A stretch of 64,000 nt of DNA from Amphiscolops sp. MND2022 (taxonomy: Eukaryota): assembly GCA_964187785.1 (NCBI GenBank), contig OZ076409.1, forward strand, positions 76,200,001 to 76,264,000, written 5' to 3'. Under the pieces are notes generated by a model. The model worked only from the letters and a program-made list of their open reading frames with translations. It was not told the origin of the DNA and did no database searches. The position numbers and the translations under genes are program-made. Below, one piece after another: positions 1-10,538 of the stretch; position 1 is the stretch's first letter, and every line of letters starts with the position of its first letter.

Positions 1-800
1 ATGGGGCTTCCGCCTCCTTTTTTTACTGCTAAAACAGTAAAATGGGCATTGAGGGGTAAATATCTCGTGAACGCGTGGAGCAATCGTGTCCATCACTACT
101 ACAAGGTTTCATACCCATGATATGGTGCCTTCAGGGGGGCAAACAGATTTCCGCTATCTATCACCGTTACCGACTTGGCCCCCCAGCCTAACCGCTATGT
201 GACCGGAAATGTCACTTTTTGAGCCCAAAGGGTCGGTCCCAGCCGGGGAACGTTAGGTAAATTATTGTAGTACTCAATGAGACGAGTTGGGGGATATAGT
301 TTCAGTCACCCCCCGTTACCCCTTGGGACCGGAAATGACCGTTATGTGGGTAAAATTGCAATTTTTATACTTTTTCAAGTGTATTTAGGTGCGGAAGGAG
401 TGGTAATAGGTGCTTGGACACTATATGAGGCAAGGGAGGACGTGAGGCGAGCATTCGGAAATAACCGTTATGTTGACCCTAAAGTCCCCCTGGTACCGTA
501 AACGACCGGAAATGGTCAAATTTTGTGTCTATTGGGTACAAATGTTTAGTATTTTGTAGATAAAAGTATCTATTAGGTGTTTCGACGGTCTGCAGTAGTG
601 AACATAGTCATGAAACCTTGTGGGGGGTAACGGTATATAGCACCGGAAGTCCAAACCGTTGGTGACAGGATAGGTTTTTTGGTTTTAAAATGTCTTTCGG
701 CGTACCTTTGTCGACTATTAAGGACTATTTTTAAAAATTAAAGATTTTCCATATAGTTTCAGAGACCTCGAAACCTCAACCAACATAACCGTTACCTCAT

Positions 801-844
801 GATAGCCTTTCAAGTTGGCCTGGTGTCAACTTGGAAGGGCTATC
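801..844 (+). other. Long internal hairpin of families A and B (representative copy)
   Basis: GATAGCCTTTCAAGTTGGC-CTGGT-GTCAACTTGGAAGGGCTATC, with G-T pairs and one bulge. The B version is at 10187-10229. Confidence 0.85.
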
Positions 845-1144
845 CTTCAAAAATCGTCAATCAAGTGTGTTTTTGGGTATGTTTGTATCATTTTAGAATC
901 AATTAGAGCTTCAAGAAAAGTTTCCCAACAACAAAAACTATGTCGTGAAGATTCCGTTACTAGAATTATAGTTAGCAAATTGTTGAGAAAATTTTTTTTT
1001 CCAAATTAAATGTGTCCTAAATGCCAGGAAACCTATTTTACTAACAAATGGTATTGATTGGAATGTATGTAACAGATTTATAAAAGTTCAAATTGATTAT
1101 TAGGTTTCATTATGGAAGCTGAAACGTAATATTTTAGTTTAATT

Positions 1145-1260
1145 AACGTCAACGCCACACACTTTACATCAACGCCCACCGTCTGTGGGCATGCCGAGGC
1201 ATGCCCTTCGACGACGTATACCAAATACATACCTAACGACGCCCGTACATCCCGGGCTAG
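1145..1260 (+). other. Conserved 3'-terminal module (representative copy): TCAACGCC direct repeat, 20 bp palindrome, variable tail, GCTAG
   Basis: ACGTCAACGCC..ACATCAACGCC; GGGCATGCCGAGGCATGCCC at 1187-1206, extended by CGTC/GACG. Present in A, B, C2 and C3. Confidence 0.9.
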
Positions 1261-1317
1261 GTGCGGGGGGGAAACCCCATCCCTTATCTTGGAGGATTCG
1301 GGTAGGGTCCTGAATCC
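1261..1317 (+). other. Conserved 5'-terminal module (representative copy): GTG start, GNRA hairpin, TAGGGT-loop hairpin
   Basis: GGGG-GAAA/GTAA-CCCC at 1267-1278 and GGATTCGGG-TAGGGT-CCTGAATCC at 1294-1317. Confidence 0.9.
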
Positions 1318-4300
1318 GATTTTAGTTCGCCCAGCTCTCAGTAGAAATCTGGGAAATTTTTTGCGATCTCGTGATCTAACCATAGGATTTTAAAGTTGGA
1401 GCGGCCCCCACCAGATTTTCCAAAGTTATTCGCCCCCCACCGGGTTCCAGCGTGATTGAAATATTTTGACGGGGTACACGGGCGACCGTTAGGGGTCATT
1501 TTGGGGGTAAAATTTATATCCGGTCGCATAACTTTTTTCCTGTTGGATTAAAACTTTGGGACCCTGCTAAAAGTTTCTTGACCGTGTTGCGGGGGCTCCG
1601 GAGGTCCAAACCAAATTTTTCTATCTTGAAGCTATCTCCAAGTACCCCCCCGCCCAAAACGTTATTTTTCCGGAAACGCAGGTTTTTGACCCGGAAGGAG
1701 TCGTCGGAGCGCGGGGTCGTTAGGTGATGTATTGGGGACGGCCTTGAGACGAAGTGGGGGACATGCAGTTTACCAACCCCAGTTTACCCCCCGGACGGGA
1801 AATGACCGTTATATGAGCGGGAAAAATGCCCCCCTCCACGTTTTACCGCTATTTCCGGTGTGAAGGAGTGGGAGTAGCGCGTCGGGTGCCATATATCAAA
1901 AGTAGGTTTGAACAAGGAACTATCGGAAACATGTGGTTTGGGACCCCCTGGACCAACCCGTTAGCAGGAAATGGGGCTTCCGTCCCGTTTTTTTACGGTT
2001 AAAAACGGAAAATGGGCATTGAGGGGTAAATATCTCGTGAACGCGTGGAGCTACGGTGTCCATCACTACTACAAGGTTTCATACCCATGATATGGTGCCT
2101 TCAGGGGGGCAAACATATTTCCGCTATCTATCACCGTTACCGACTTGGCCCCCCAGCCTAACCGCTATGTGACCGGAAATGTCACTTTTTGAGCCCAAAG
2201 GGTCGGTCCCAGCCGGGGAACGTTAGGTAAATTATTGTAGTACTCAATGAGACGAGTTGGGGGATATAGTTTCAGTCACCCCCCGTTACCCCTTGGGACC
2301 GGAAATGACCGTTATGTGGGTAAAATTGCAATTTATATACTTTTTCAAGTGTATTTAGGTGCGGAAGGAGTGGTAATAGGTGCTTGGACACTATATGAGG
2401 TAAGGGAGGACGTGAGGCGAGCATTCGGAAATAACCGTTATGTTGACCCTAAAGTCCCCCTGGTACCGTAAACGACCGGAAATGGTCAACTTTTGTGTCT
2501 ATTGGGTACAAATGTTTAGTATTTTGTAGATAAAAGTATCTATTAGGTGTTTCGACGGTCTGCAGTAGTGAACATAGTCATGAAACCTTGTGGGGGGTAA
2601 CGGTATATAGCACCGGAAGTCCAAACCGTTGGTGACAGGATAGGTTTTTTGGTTTTAAAATGTCTTTCGGCGTACCTTTGTCGACTATTAAGGACTATTT
2701 TTGAAAATTAAAGATTTTCCATATAGTTTCAGAGACCTCGAAACCTCAACCAACATAACCGTTACCTCATGATAGCCTTTCAAGTTGGCCTGGTGTCAAC
2801 TTGGAAGGGCTATCCTTCAAAAATCGTCAATCAAGTGTGTTTTTGGGTATGTTTGTATCATTTTAGAATCAATTAGAGCTTCAAGAAAAGTTTCCCAACA
2901 ACAAAAACTATGTCGTGAAGATTCCGTTACTAGAATTATAGTTAGCAAATTGTTGAGAAAATTTTTTTCCAAATTAAATGTGTCCTAAATGCCAGGAAAC
3001 CTATTTTACTAACAAATGGTATTGATTGGAATGTATGTAACAGATTTATAAAAGTTCAAATTGATTATTAGGTTTCATTATGGAAGCTGAAACGTAATAT
3101 TTTAGTTTAATTAACGTCAACGCCACACACTTTACATCAACGCCCACCGTCTGTGGGCATGCCGAGGCATGCCCTTCGACGACGTATACCAAATACATAC
3201 CTAACGACGCCCGTACATCCCGGGCTAGGTGCGGGGGGGTAACCCCAACAAAGATATTGGAGGATTCGGGTAGGGTCCTGAATCCGATCTTAGTACCGCC
3301 AGCTATCAGTAGAAAATTTCCCTCAAAAACCGGGATCTCGGGAACTAACCGTAGGATTTGAAAGTTGGAGCGGCCCCCACCAGATTTTCCCAAATAGATC
3401 GCCCCCCACCGGGCTCCATACCCCGGAAAATTTTTTTTTGGCCACACGGGCGACAGTTAGGGGGTCATTTTAGGGGTAAAATTCATATTGGTCCATATAA
3501 CTTTTTTTCTGTTGGTTTAAAAGTTTGGGAACCCTACTAAAGGTTTTTCGACCATGTTGCAAGGGCTCCGGAGGTGCAAACCAAATTTTTCTATCTTGAA
3601 GCTATCTCCAAGTACCCCCCCGCTCAAACCGTTATTTTTCCGGAAACGCAGGTTTTTGACCCGGAAGGAGTCGTCTGAGCGCGGGGTCGTTAGGTGATGT
3701 TTTGGGGACGGCCTTGAGACGAAGTGGGGGACATGTAGTTTGCCAACCTCAGTTTACCCCCCGGACGGGAAATGACCGTTATATCAGCGGGAAAAATGCC
3801 CCCCTCCACGTTTTACCGCTATTTCCGGTGTGAAGGAGTGGGAGTAGCTCGTCGGGTGCCATATATCAAAAGTAGGTTCAGACAAGGACCTATCGGAAAC
3901 ATGTGGTTTGGGACCCCCTGACCCAACCCGTTAGCGGGAAATGGGGCTTCCGCCTCCTTTTTTTACGGTTAAAAACGGAAAATGGGCATTGAGGGATAAA
4001 TATCTCGTGAACGCGTGGAGCTACGGTGTCCTTCACTACTACAAGGTTTCATACCCATGATATGGTGCCTTCAGGGGGGCAAACAGATTTCCGCTATCTA
4101 TCACCGTTACGGACTTGGCCCCCCAGCCTAACCGCTATGTGACCGGAAATGTCACTTTTTGAGCCCAAAGGGTCGGTCCCAGCCAGGGAACGTTAGATAA
4201 CTTATTGTAGTACTCATTGAGACGAGTTGGGGGACATAGTTTCAGTCACCCCCGTTACCCCTTGGGACCGGAAATGACCGTTATGTGGGTAAAATTGGGA

Positions 4301-7300
4301 TTTTTGTACTTTTTGAAGGGCAATTAGGTGCGGAAGGAGTGGTAATAGTTGCTTGGACACTATATGATGGAAGGGAGGACGTGAGGCGAACATTCGGACA
4401 TAACCGTTATGTTGACCCTAAAGTCCCCCTGGTACCGTAAACGACCGGAAATGGTCAAATTTTGTGTCTATTGGGTACAAATGTTTGGTATTTTGTAAAT
4501 AAAAGTATCTATTAGGTGTTTCGACGGTCTGCAGTAGTGAACATAGTCATGAAACCTTGTCGGGGGGTAACGGTATATAGCACCGGAAGTCCAAACCGTT
4601 AGAGACGGGATAGGTTTTTTCGTTTTAAAATGTCTTTCGGCGTACTTTTGTCAACTAATATGGAATATTTTTTAAAATTAAAGTTTTTCCATATAGTTTC
4701 AGAGACTCCCAAACCTCAAACAACATAACCGTTACCTTATGATAGCCTTTCAAGTTGGCCTGGTGTCAACTTGGAAGGGCTATCCTTCAAAAATCGTTGA
4801 TCAAGTGTGTTTTTGGGTATGTTTGAATCTTTTTAGAATCAATTAGAGCTTCAAGAAAAATTTGCCAACGACAAAAACTATGTCGTGATGATTCCGTTAT
4901 TAGAGTAATAGTTAACAAAATGTTGATAAAGTTGATTTTGTACATTTCAAATGTGTCCTTTATGCCAGAAAACCTTTTTACCAAACTAATGATATTGATT
5001 GAATTGTATATAACAGGTAATAAAAGTTCAAATTGAATATTACGTTTCATTTTGTAAGCTGAAACGTGATATTAAAGTTTAATTAACGTCAACGCCACAT
5101 ACTTTACATCAACGCCCACCGTCTGTGGGCATGCCGAGGCATGCCCTTCGACGACGTATACCAAACACCCTCCATATCTACACCCTAACCGCGGTAGCAG
5201 CTAGGTGCGGGGGGGTAACCCCAACAAATATATTGGAGGATTCGGGTAGGGTCCTGAATCCGATTTTAACTCTAATAGCTATCGATAGGAAATCTTGCAA
5301 AAATTTCGGGATCTCGTGATCTAACCATAGGATTTTAAAGTTGGAGCGGCCCCCACCAGATTTTCCAAAATTGATCGCCCCCCACCGGGTTCCATACCCC
5401 GGAAAATTTTTTTCTGGCCACACGGGCGACCGTTAGGGGGTCATTTTAGGGGTAAAATTCATATTGGGCCACATAACTTTTTTTCTGTTGATTTAAAACT
5501 TTGGAACCCTGCTAAAAGTTTCTTGACCGTGTTGCAGGGGCCCCGAAGGTCCAAACCAAATTTTTCTATCTTGAAGCTATCTCCAAGTACCCCCCCGCTC
5601 AAACCGTTATTTTTCCGGAAACGCAGGTTTTTGACCCGGAAGGAGTCGTCTGAGCGCGGGGTCGTTAGGTGATGTATTGGGGACGGCCTTGAGACGAAGT
5701 GGGGGACAAGTAGTTTGCCAACCTCAATTTACCCCCCGGACGGGAAATGACCGTTATATGAGCGTGAAAAATGCCCCCCTCCACGTTTTACCGCTATTTC
5801 CGGTGTGAAGGAGTGGGAGTAGCGCGTCGGGTGTTATATAACAAAAGTAGGTTTAGACAAGGACCTATCGGAAACATGTAGTTTGGGACCCCCTGGACCA
5901 ACCCGTTAGCGGGAAATGGGGCTTCCGCCTCCTTTTTTTAGTGCTAAAACCGTAAAATGGGCATTGAGGGGTAAATATCTCGTGAACGCGTGGAGCAATC
6001 GTGTCCATCACTACTACAAGGTTTCATACCCATGATATGGTGCCTTCAGGGGGGCAAACAGATTTCCGCTATCTATCACCGTTACCGACTTGGCCCCCCA
6101 GCCTAACCGCTATGTGACCGGAAATGTCACTTTTTGAGCCCAAAGGGTCGGTCCCAGCCGGGGAACGTTAGGTAACTTATTGTAGTACTCAATGAGACGA
6201 GTTGGGGGATATAGTTTCAGTCACCCCCCTTTACCCCTTGGGACCGGAAATGACCGTTATGTGGGTAAAATTGCAATTTTTATACTTTTTCAAGTGTATT
6301 TAGGTGCGGAAGGAGTGGTAATAGGTGCTTGGACACTATATGAGGTAAGGGAGGACGTGAGGCGAGCATTCGGAAATAACCGTTATGTTGACCCTAAAGT
6401 CCCCCTGGTACCGTAAACGACCGGAAATGGTCAAATTTTGTGTCTATTGGGTACAAATGTTTTGTATTTTGTAGATAAAAGTATCTATTAGGTGTTTCGA
6501 CGGTCTACAGTAGTGAACATAGTCATGAAACCTTGTGGGGGGTAACGGTATATAGCACCGGAAGTCAAACCGTTGGAGACAGGATAGGTTTTTTGGTTTT
6601 AAAATGTCTTTCGGCGTAATTTTTTCGACTCTTGTGGACTATTTTTAAAAATTAAAGTTTTTCCATATAGTTTCAGAGACTCCGAAACCTCAACCAACAT
6701 AACCGTTACCTTATGATAGCCTTTCAAGTTGGCCTGGTGTCAACTTGGAAGCGCTATCCTTCTGAAATCGTTAATCAAGAGTGTTTTTGGGTAGGTATAT
6801 ATTGCATTAGTACCAATTAGAGCTTCATCAACAGTGTATCAACGACAAAAACTATGCCGTCATGATTCCGTTATTAGAATCATAGTGAGCAAATTGTTGA
6901 AAAAAATGGTTTTTTCCATACAAAATGTGTCCTAAATGCCAGGAAACCTATTTACCTAACAAATGGTATTATTTGGAATGTTTGTAACAGGTTTATAAAA
7001 GTTCAAATTGAATATTACATTTCATTATGGAAGCTGAAACGTCATATTTTAGTTTAATTAACGTCAACGCCACACACTTTACATCAACGCACACCGTCTG
7101 TGGGCATGCCGAGGCATGCCCTTCGACGACGTATGACAAATCCATATCAAACGACGCCCGTACATCCCGGGCTAGGTGCGGGGGGGTAACCCCTACAAAG
7201 ATATTGGAGGATTCGGGTAGGGTCCTGAATCCGAGTTCAGTGCTGCCAGCTATCGTTAGGGATTTTAGAAAATTTTGCCGATCTCGTGATCTAACCGTAG

Positions 7301-9149
7301 GATTTTAAAGTTGGAGCGGCCCCCACCAGATTTTCCAAAGTTATTCGCCCCCCACCGGGTTCCAGCGTGATTGAAATATTTTGTCGGGGTACACGGGCGA
7401 CCGTTAGGGGTCATTTTGGGGGTAAAATTTATATCCGGTCGCATAACTTTTTTCCTGTTGGTTTAAAACTTTGGGACCCTGCTAAAAGTTTCTTGACCGT
7501 GTTGCAGTGGCTCCGGATGTCCAAACCAAATTTTTCTATCTTGAAGCTATCTCCAAGTACCCCCCCGCCCAAACCGTTATTTTTCCGGAAACGCAGGTTT
7601 TTGACCCGGAAGGAGTCGTCTGAGCGCGGGGTCGTTAGGTGATGTATTGGGGACGGCCTTGAGACGAAGCGGGGGACATGTAGCTTGCCGACCCCAGTTT
7701 ACCCCCCGGACGGGAAATGACCGTTATTTGAGCGGGAAAAATGCCCCCCTCCACGTTTTACCGCTATTTCCGGTGTCAAGGAGTGGGAGTAGCGCGTCGG
7801 GTGTTATATAACAAAAGTAGGTTTAGACAAGGACCTATCGGAAACATGTAGTTTGGGACCCTCTGGACCAACCCGTTAGCGGGAAATGGGGCTTCCGCCT
7901 CCTTTTTTTACTGCTAAAACCTTAAAATGGGCATTGAGGGGTAAATATCTCGTGAACACGTGGAGCTACGGTGTCCATCACTACTACAAGGTTTCATACC
8001 CATGATATGGTGCCTTCAGGGGGGCAAACAGATTTCCGCTATCTATCACCGTTACCGACTTGGCCCCCCAGCCTAACCGCTATGTGACCGGAAATGTCAC
8101 TTTTTGAGCCCAAAGGGTCGGTCCCAGCCGGGGAACGTTAGGTAACCTATTGTAGTACTCAATGAGACGAGTTGGGGGATATAGTTTCAGTCACCCCCCG
8201 TTACCCCTTGGGACCGGAAATGACCGTTATGTGGGTAAAATTGCAATTTTTATACTTTTTCAAGTGTATTTAGGTGCGGAAGGAGTGGTAATAGGTGCTT
8301 GGACACTATATGAAGGAAGGGAGGACGTGAGGCGAGCATTCGAAAAAAACCGTTATGTTGACCCCGAAGTCCCCCTGGTACCGGAAGTGACCCGTAATGG
8401 TCAAATTTCGTGTTTTTAGGGTACAAATGTTTGGTGTTTTATGGATAACAGTGCCTTTTAGGTGTTTCGACGGTCTGCAGTCGTAAACATAGTCATGAAA
8501 CCTTGTGGGGGGTAACGGTATATAGCACCGGAAGTCCAAACCGTTGGAGACAGGATAAGTTTTTTGGTTTTAAAATGTCTTTCGTCATACTTTTGTCGAC
8601 TATTATGGACTATTTTTGGAAAATAAAGTTTTTCCATATAGTTTCAGAGACTCCGAAACCTCAACCAACATAACCGTTACCTTATGATAGCCTTTCAAGT
8701 TGGCCTGGTGTCAACTTGGAAGGGCTATCCTTCAAAAATCATTAATCCAGTGTGTTTTTGAGTATGCTTGTTTTACTTTAGAATCAATTAGAGCTTCAAG
8801 AAAAGATTGCCAACGACAAAAACTATGTCGTGATGATTCCGTTATTAGAATAATAGTTACCAAAATGTTGATAAAGTTGATTTTTTACATTTCAAATATG
8901 TCCTAAATGCCAGAAAACCTCTTTACCAAACAAATGGTATTGATTGAATTGTATATAGCAGCTAATAAAAGTTCAAATTGAATATTACGTTTCATTATGG
9001 AAGCTGAAATGTCATATTATAGTTTCATTAACGTCAACGCCACATACTTTACATCAACGCCCACCGTCTGTGGGCATGCCGAGGCATGCCCTTCGACGAC
9101 GTATACCAAATTCCTCCAACACAACACCGCCGAGCGCGGTAGCAGCTAG

Positions 9150-10538
9150 GTGGTTGGGGCGGTCCCCAGAACGCACAAGGAGGCGCGGGGAGGGTCCTGC
9201 GCCGACGTAGAATAATTTCATATAATACTAGTATCCTACATGGGTGTTTTAGAGGCGATTTTGGAATCTAACCGTAGGATTTGGATAATTTTTTGCATGC
9301 GGCCATAACTCGAAATTCTAAGAACTTTTTCCTACTGTCATTTTCCCCGCAAATTGTTGTTTGTTGACTTATGGCCGAAAAACCGGAAATAACGTCCTTT
9401 TTAGACGTTATATCCGAAGTGTCGTCATAACTTTTTTCCAGGGCATGCTAGCGTTCTCCTTCACTTTTACACTTTGTTTTAGCATCTCAAAATACAACTG
9501 GTGGAAAATTTTGGTTGCATTCGGATCACCCCCCACCGAGATAGAAGGGTTCCCCCCTCCAGTTTTACCCCCCAAAATTGAGAAAATACCAATTTTGAGC
9601 ATGAAGCCGTGGATTTAGCGAATCCTCACCCCCCTGATGTTTTGTCGGACATGTTAGGGTCAATCTGGTGACATGTGTGGTTTTCACCCCCAACCCCCCT
9701 GGGACCGGAAATGACACTTTTTTGTGTTTTTTGACAAAAATGAGCCTTTTTGATTAGTAGGGAGTCGTTTTTGGGCCTCCTAGCAGGATATCGAAGTTGA
9801 AATACAACTTGATCACAACCCAGTGACAACATGTTGGCCAGTTGCAGGTACCATCATGACCGGAAGTGGGGTCAAACCCCCCTTTTTGTGACCGCTTTTT
9901 GACCTTGTGCACCAAAATGCCAACAACTTGAGGCCTAATGACGCATTCAAATCTGTACAAAGATAGAACGTTAGACAACGGAAGTCCCGCAAGCTCTTTA
10001 GCATATACCGGACGTCACCCCCCATGACCGGAAGTTGTCCAATATGACCGGAAATGGTCCAAAAATTCATGTAAAATTAACTTTTTCACTTATTGAAGAC
10101 CACTTCGTTGAACATTTTCAATCCCAAAACTAGCGTACTAGCTGGTGGCGTTGAATTTATGGAAATTGAGGAGCTTTATCACCCCCGATAGCCTTCGAAG
10201 TTGACCTTGCGTCAACTTTGGAGGCTATCGATTCTGAAAATGAACAACAAAGTACTTTGTTGCTCTCGTTTTTTTTCCGTTTTTTTCCTCAAATATTGTT
10301 GAGACATACACATGGCCGTTAGTTAAAATCAATATTTTAGCCCATGTTATAGCGTGAGTAGCGAAGCGTTACACAGGCTGGTGTGGTTTTGAACTGTAAT
10401 TATTTTAAAATAAAAAAAGACCCTCTTAGTCAACTCCACACATTCATACCAACGCCCACCGTCTGTGGGCATGCCGAGGCATGCCCTTCGACGACGTATG
10501 ACGAATCCACTCCAACGACACCCGCAGTCCTCAGCTAG
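9150..10538 (+). mobile_element. Family B unit (1389 bp), a divergent relative in the same array
   Basis: Starts GTGGTT right after GCTAG and ends CAGCTAG before GTGCG. The interior is largely different from A but keeps the 5' GAGGGT hairpin, the GATAGCC...GGCTATC hairpin (10187-10229), several GACCGGAAAT/GT motifs and the 3' palindrome module. Confidence 0.8.

Larger units (their letters stand above)
1..9149 (+). mobile_element. Family A units: partial 1-1260; complete 1261-3228, 3229-5204, 5205-7175, 7176-9149
   Basis: Each complete unit starts GTGCGGGGGG and ends GCTAG, with lengths of 1968-1976 bp. Mobile-element status is inferred from the defined termini and the nested copy at 34390. 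Confidence 0.75.

Noticed and set aside
185..260. Twister or HDV-like ribozyme suggested by GCCTAAC...CGGTCCCAGCCGG
   Set aside because: I could not find the required pseudoknot partner strands, and I saw no hammerhead CTGANGA...GAAA core by eye. A covariance-model search is needed to exclude ribozymes fully.
277..501. Recurrent ORF MRRVGGYSFSHPPLPL... in most A units
   Set aside because: Short (68-99 aa), with variable start (ATG/TTG/GTG) and stop, frameshifted in several copies and no recognisable domain. It recurs only because the DNA repeats.
801..844. Bacterial integron attC cassette array
   Set aside because: The units contain no genes, the hairpin is internal rather than at the junction, and the junction is not G|TTRRRY. 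The resemblance is only an analogy.
1180..1260. CRISPR-like repeat-spacer reading of the palindrome plus variable tail
   Set aside because: The period is 1.3-2 kb, the variable tails fall into a few recurring related types, and there are no cas genes.
815..1529. Other repeated ORFs (MAWCQLGR..., MVRSRDRKK..., MWPKKNF..., MRPDINF...)
   Set aside because: Frames, lengths and ends are inconsistent between copies, several cross unit junctions, and none shows transposase, RT, helicase or HUH motifs.
1261..3228. Group II intron (GTGCG start)
   Set aside because: No identifiable domain V/VI, the 3' end is AG/GG rather than AY, B and C start GTGG, and there is no maturase ORF.
1261..3228. TIR transposon/MITE, LTR or SINE
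   Set aside because: No terminal inverted repeats, no TG...CA ends, no poly(A) tail, and no duplications at the regular junctions.
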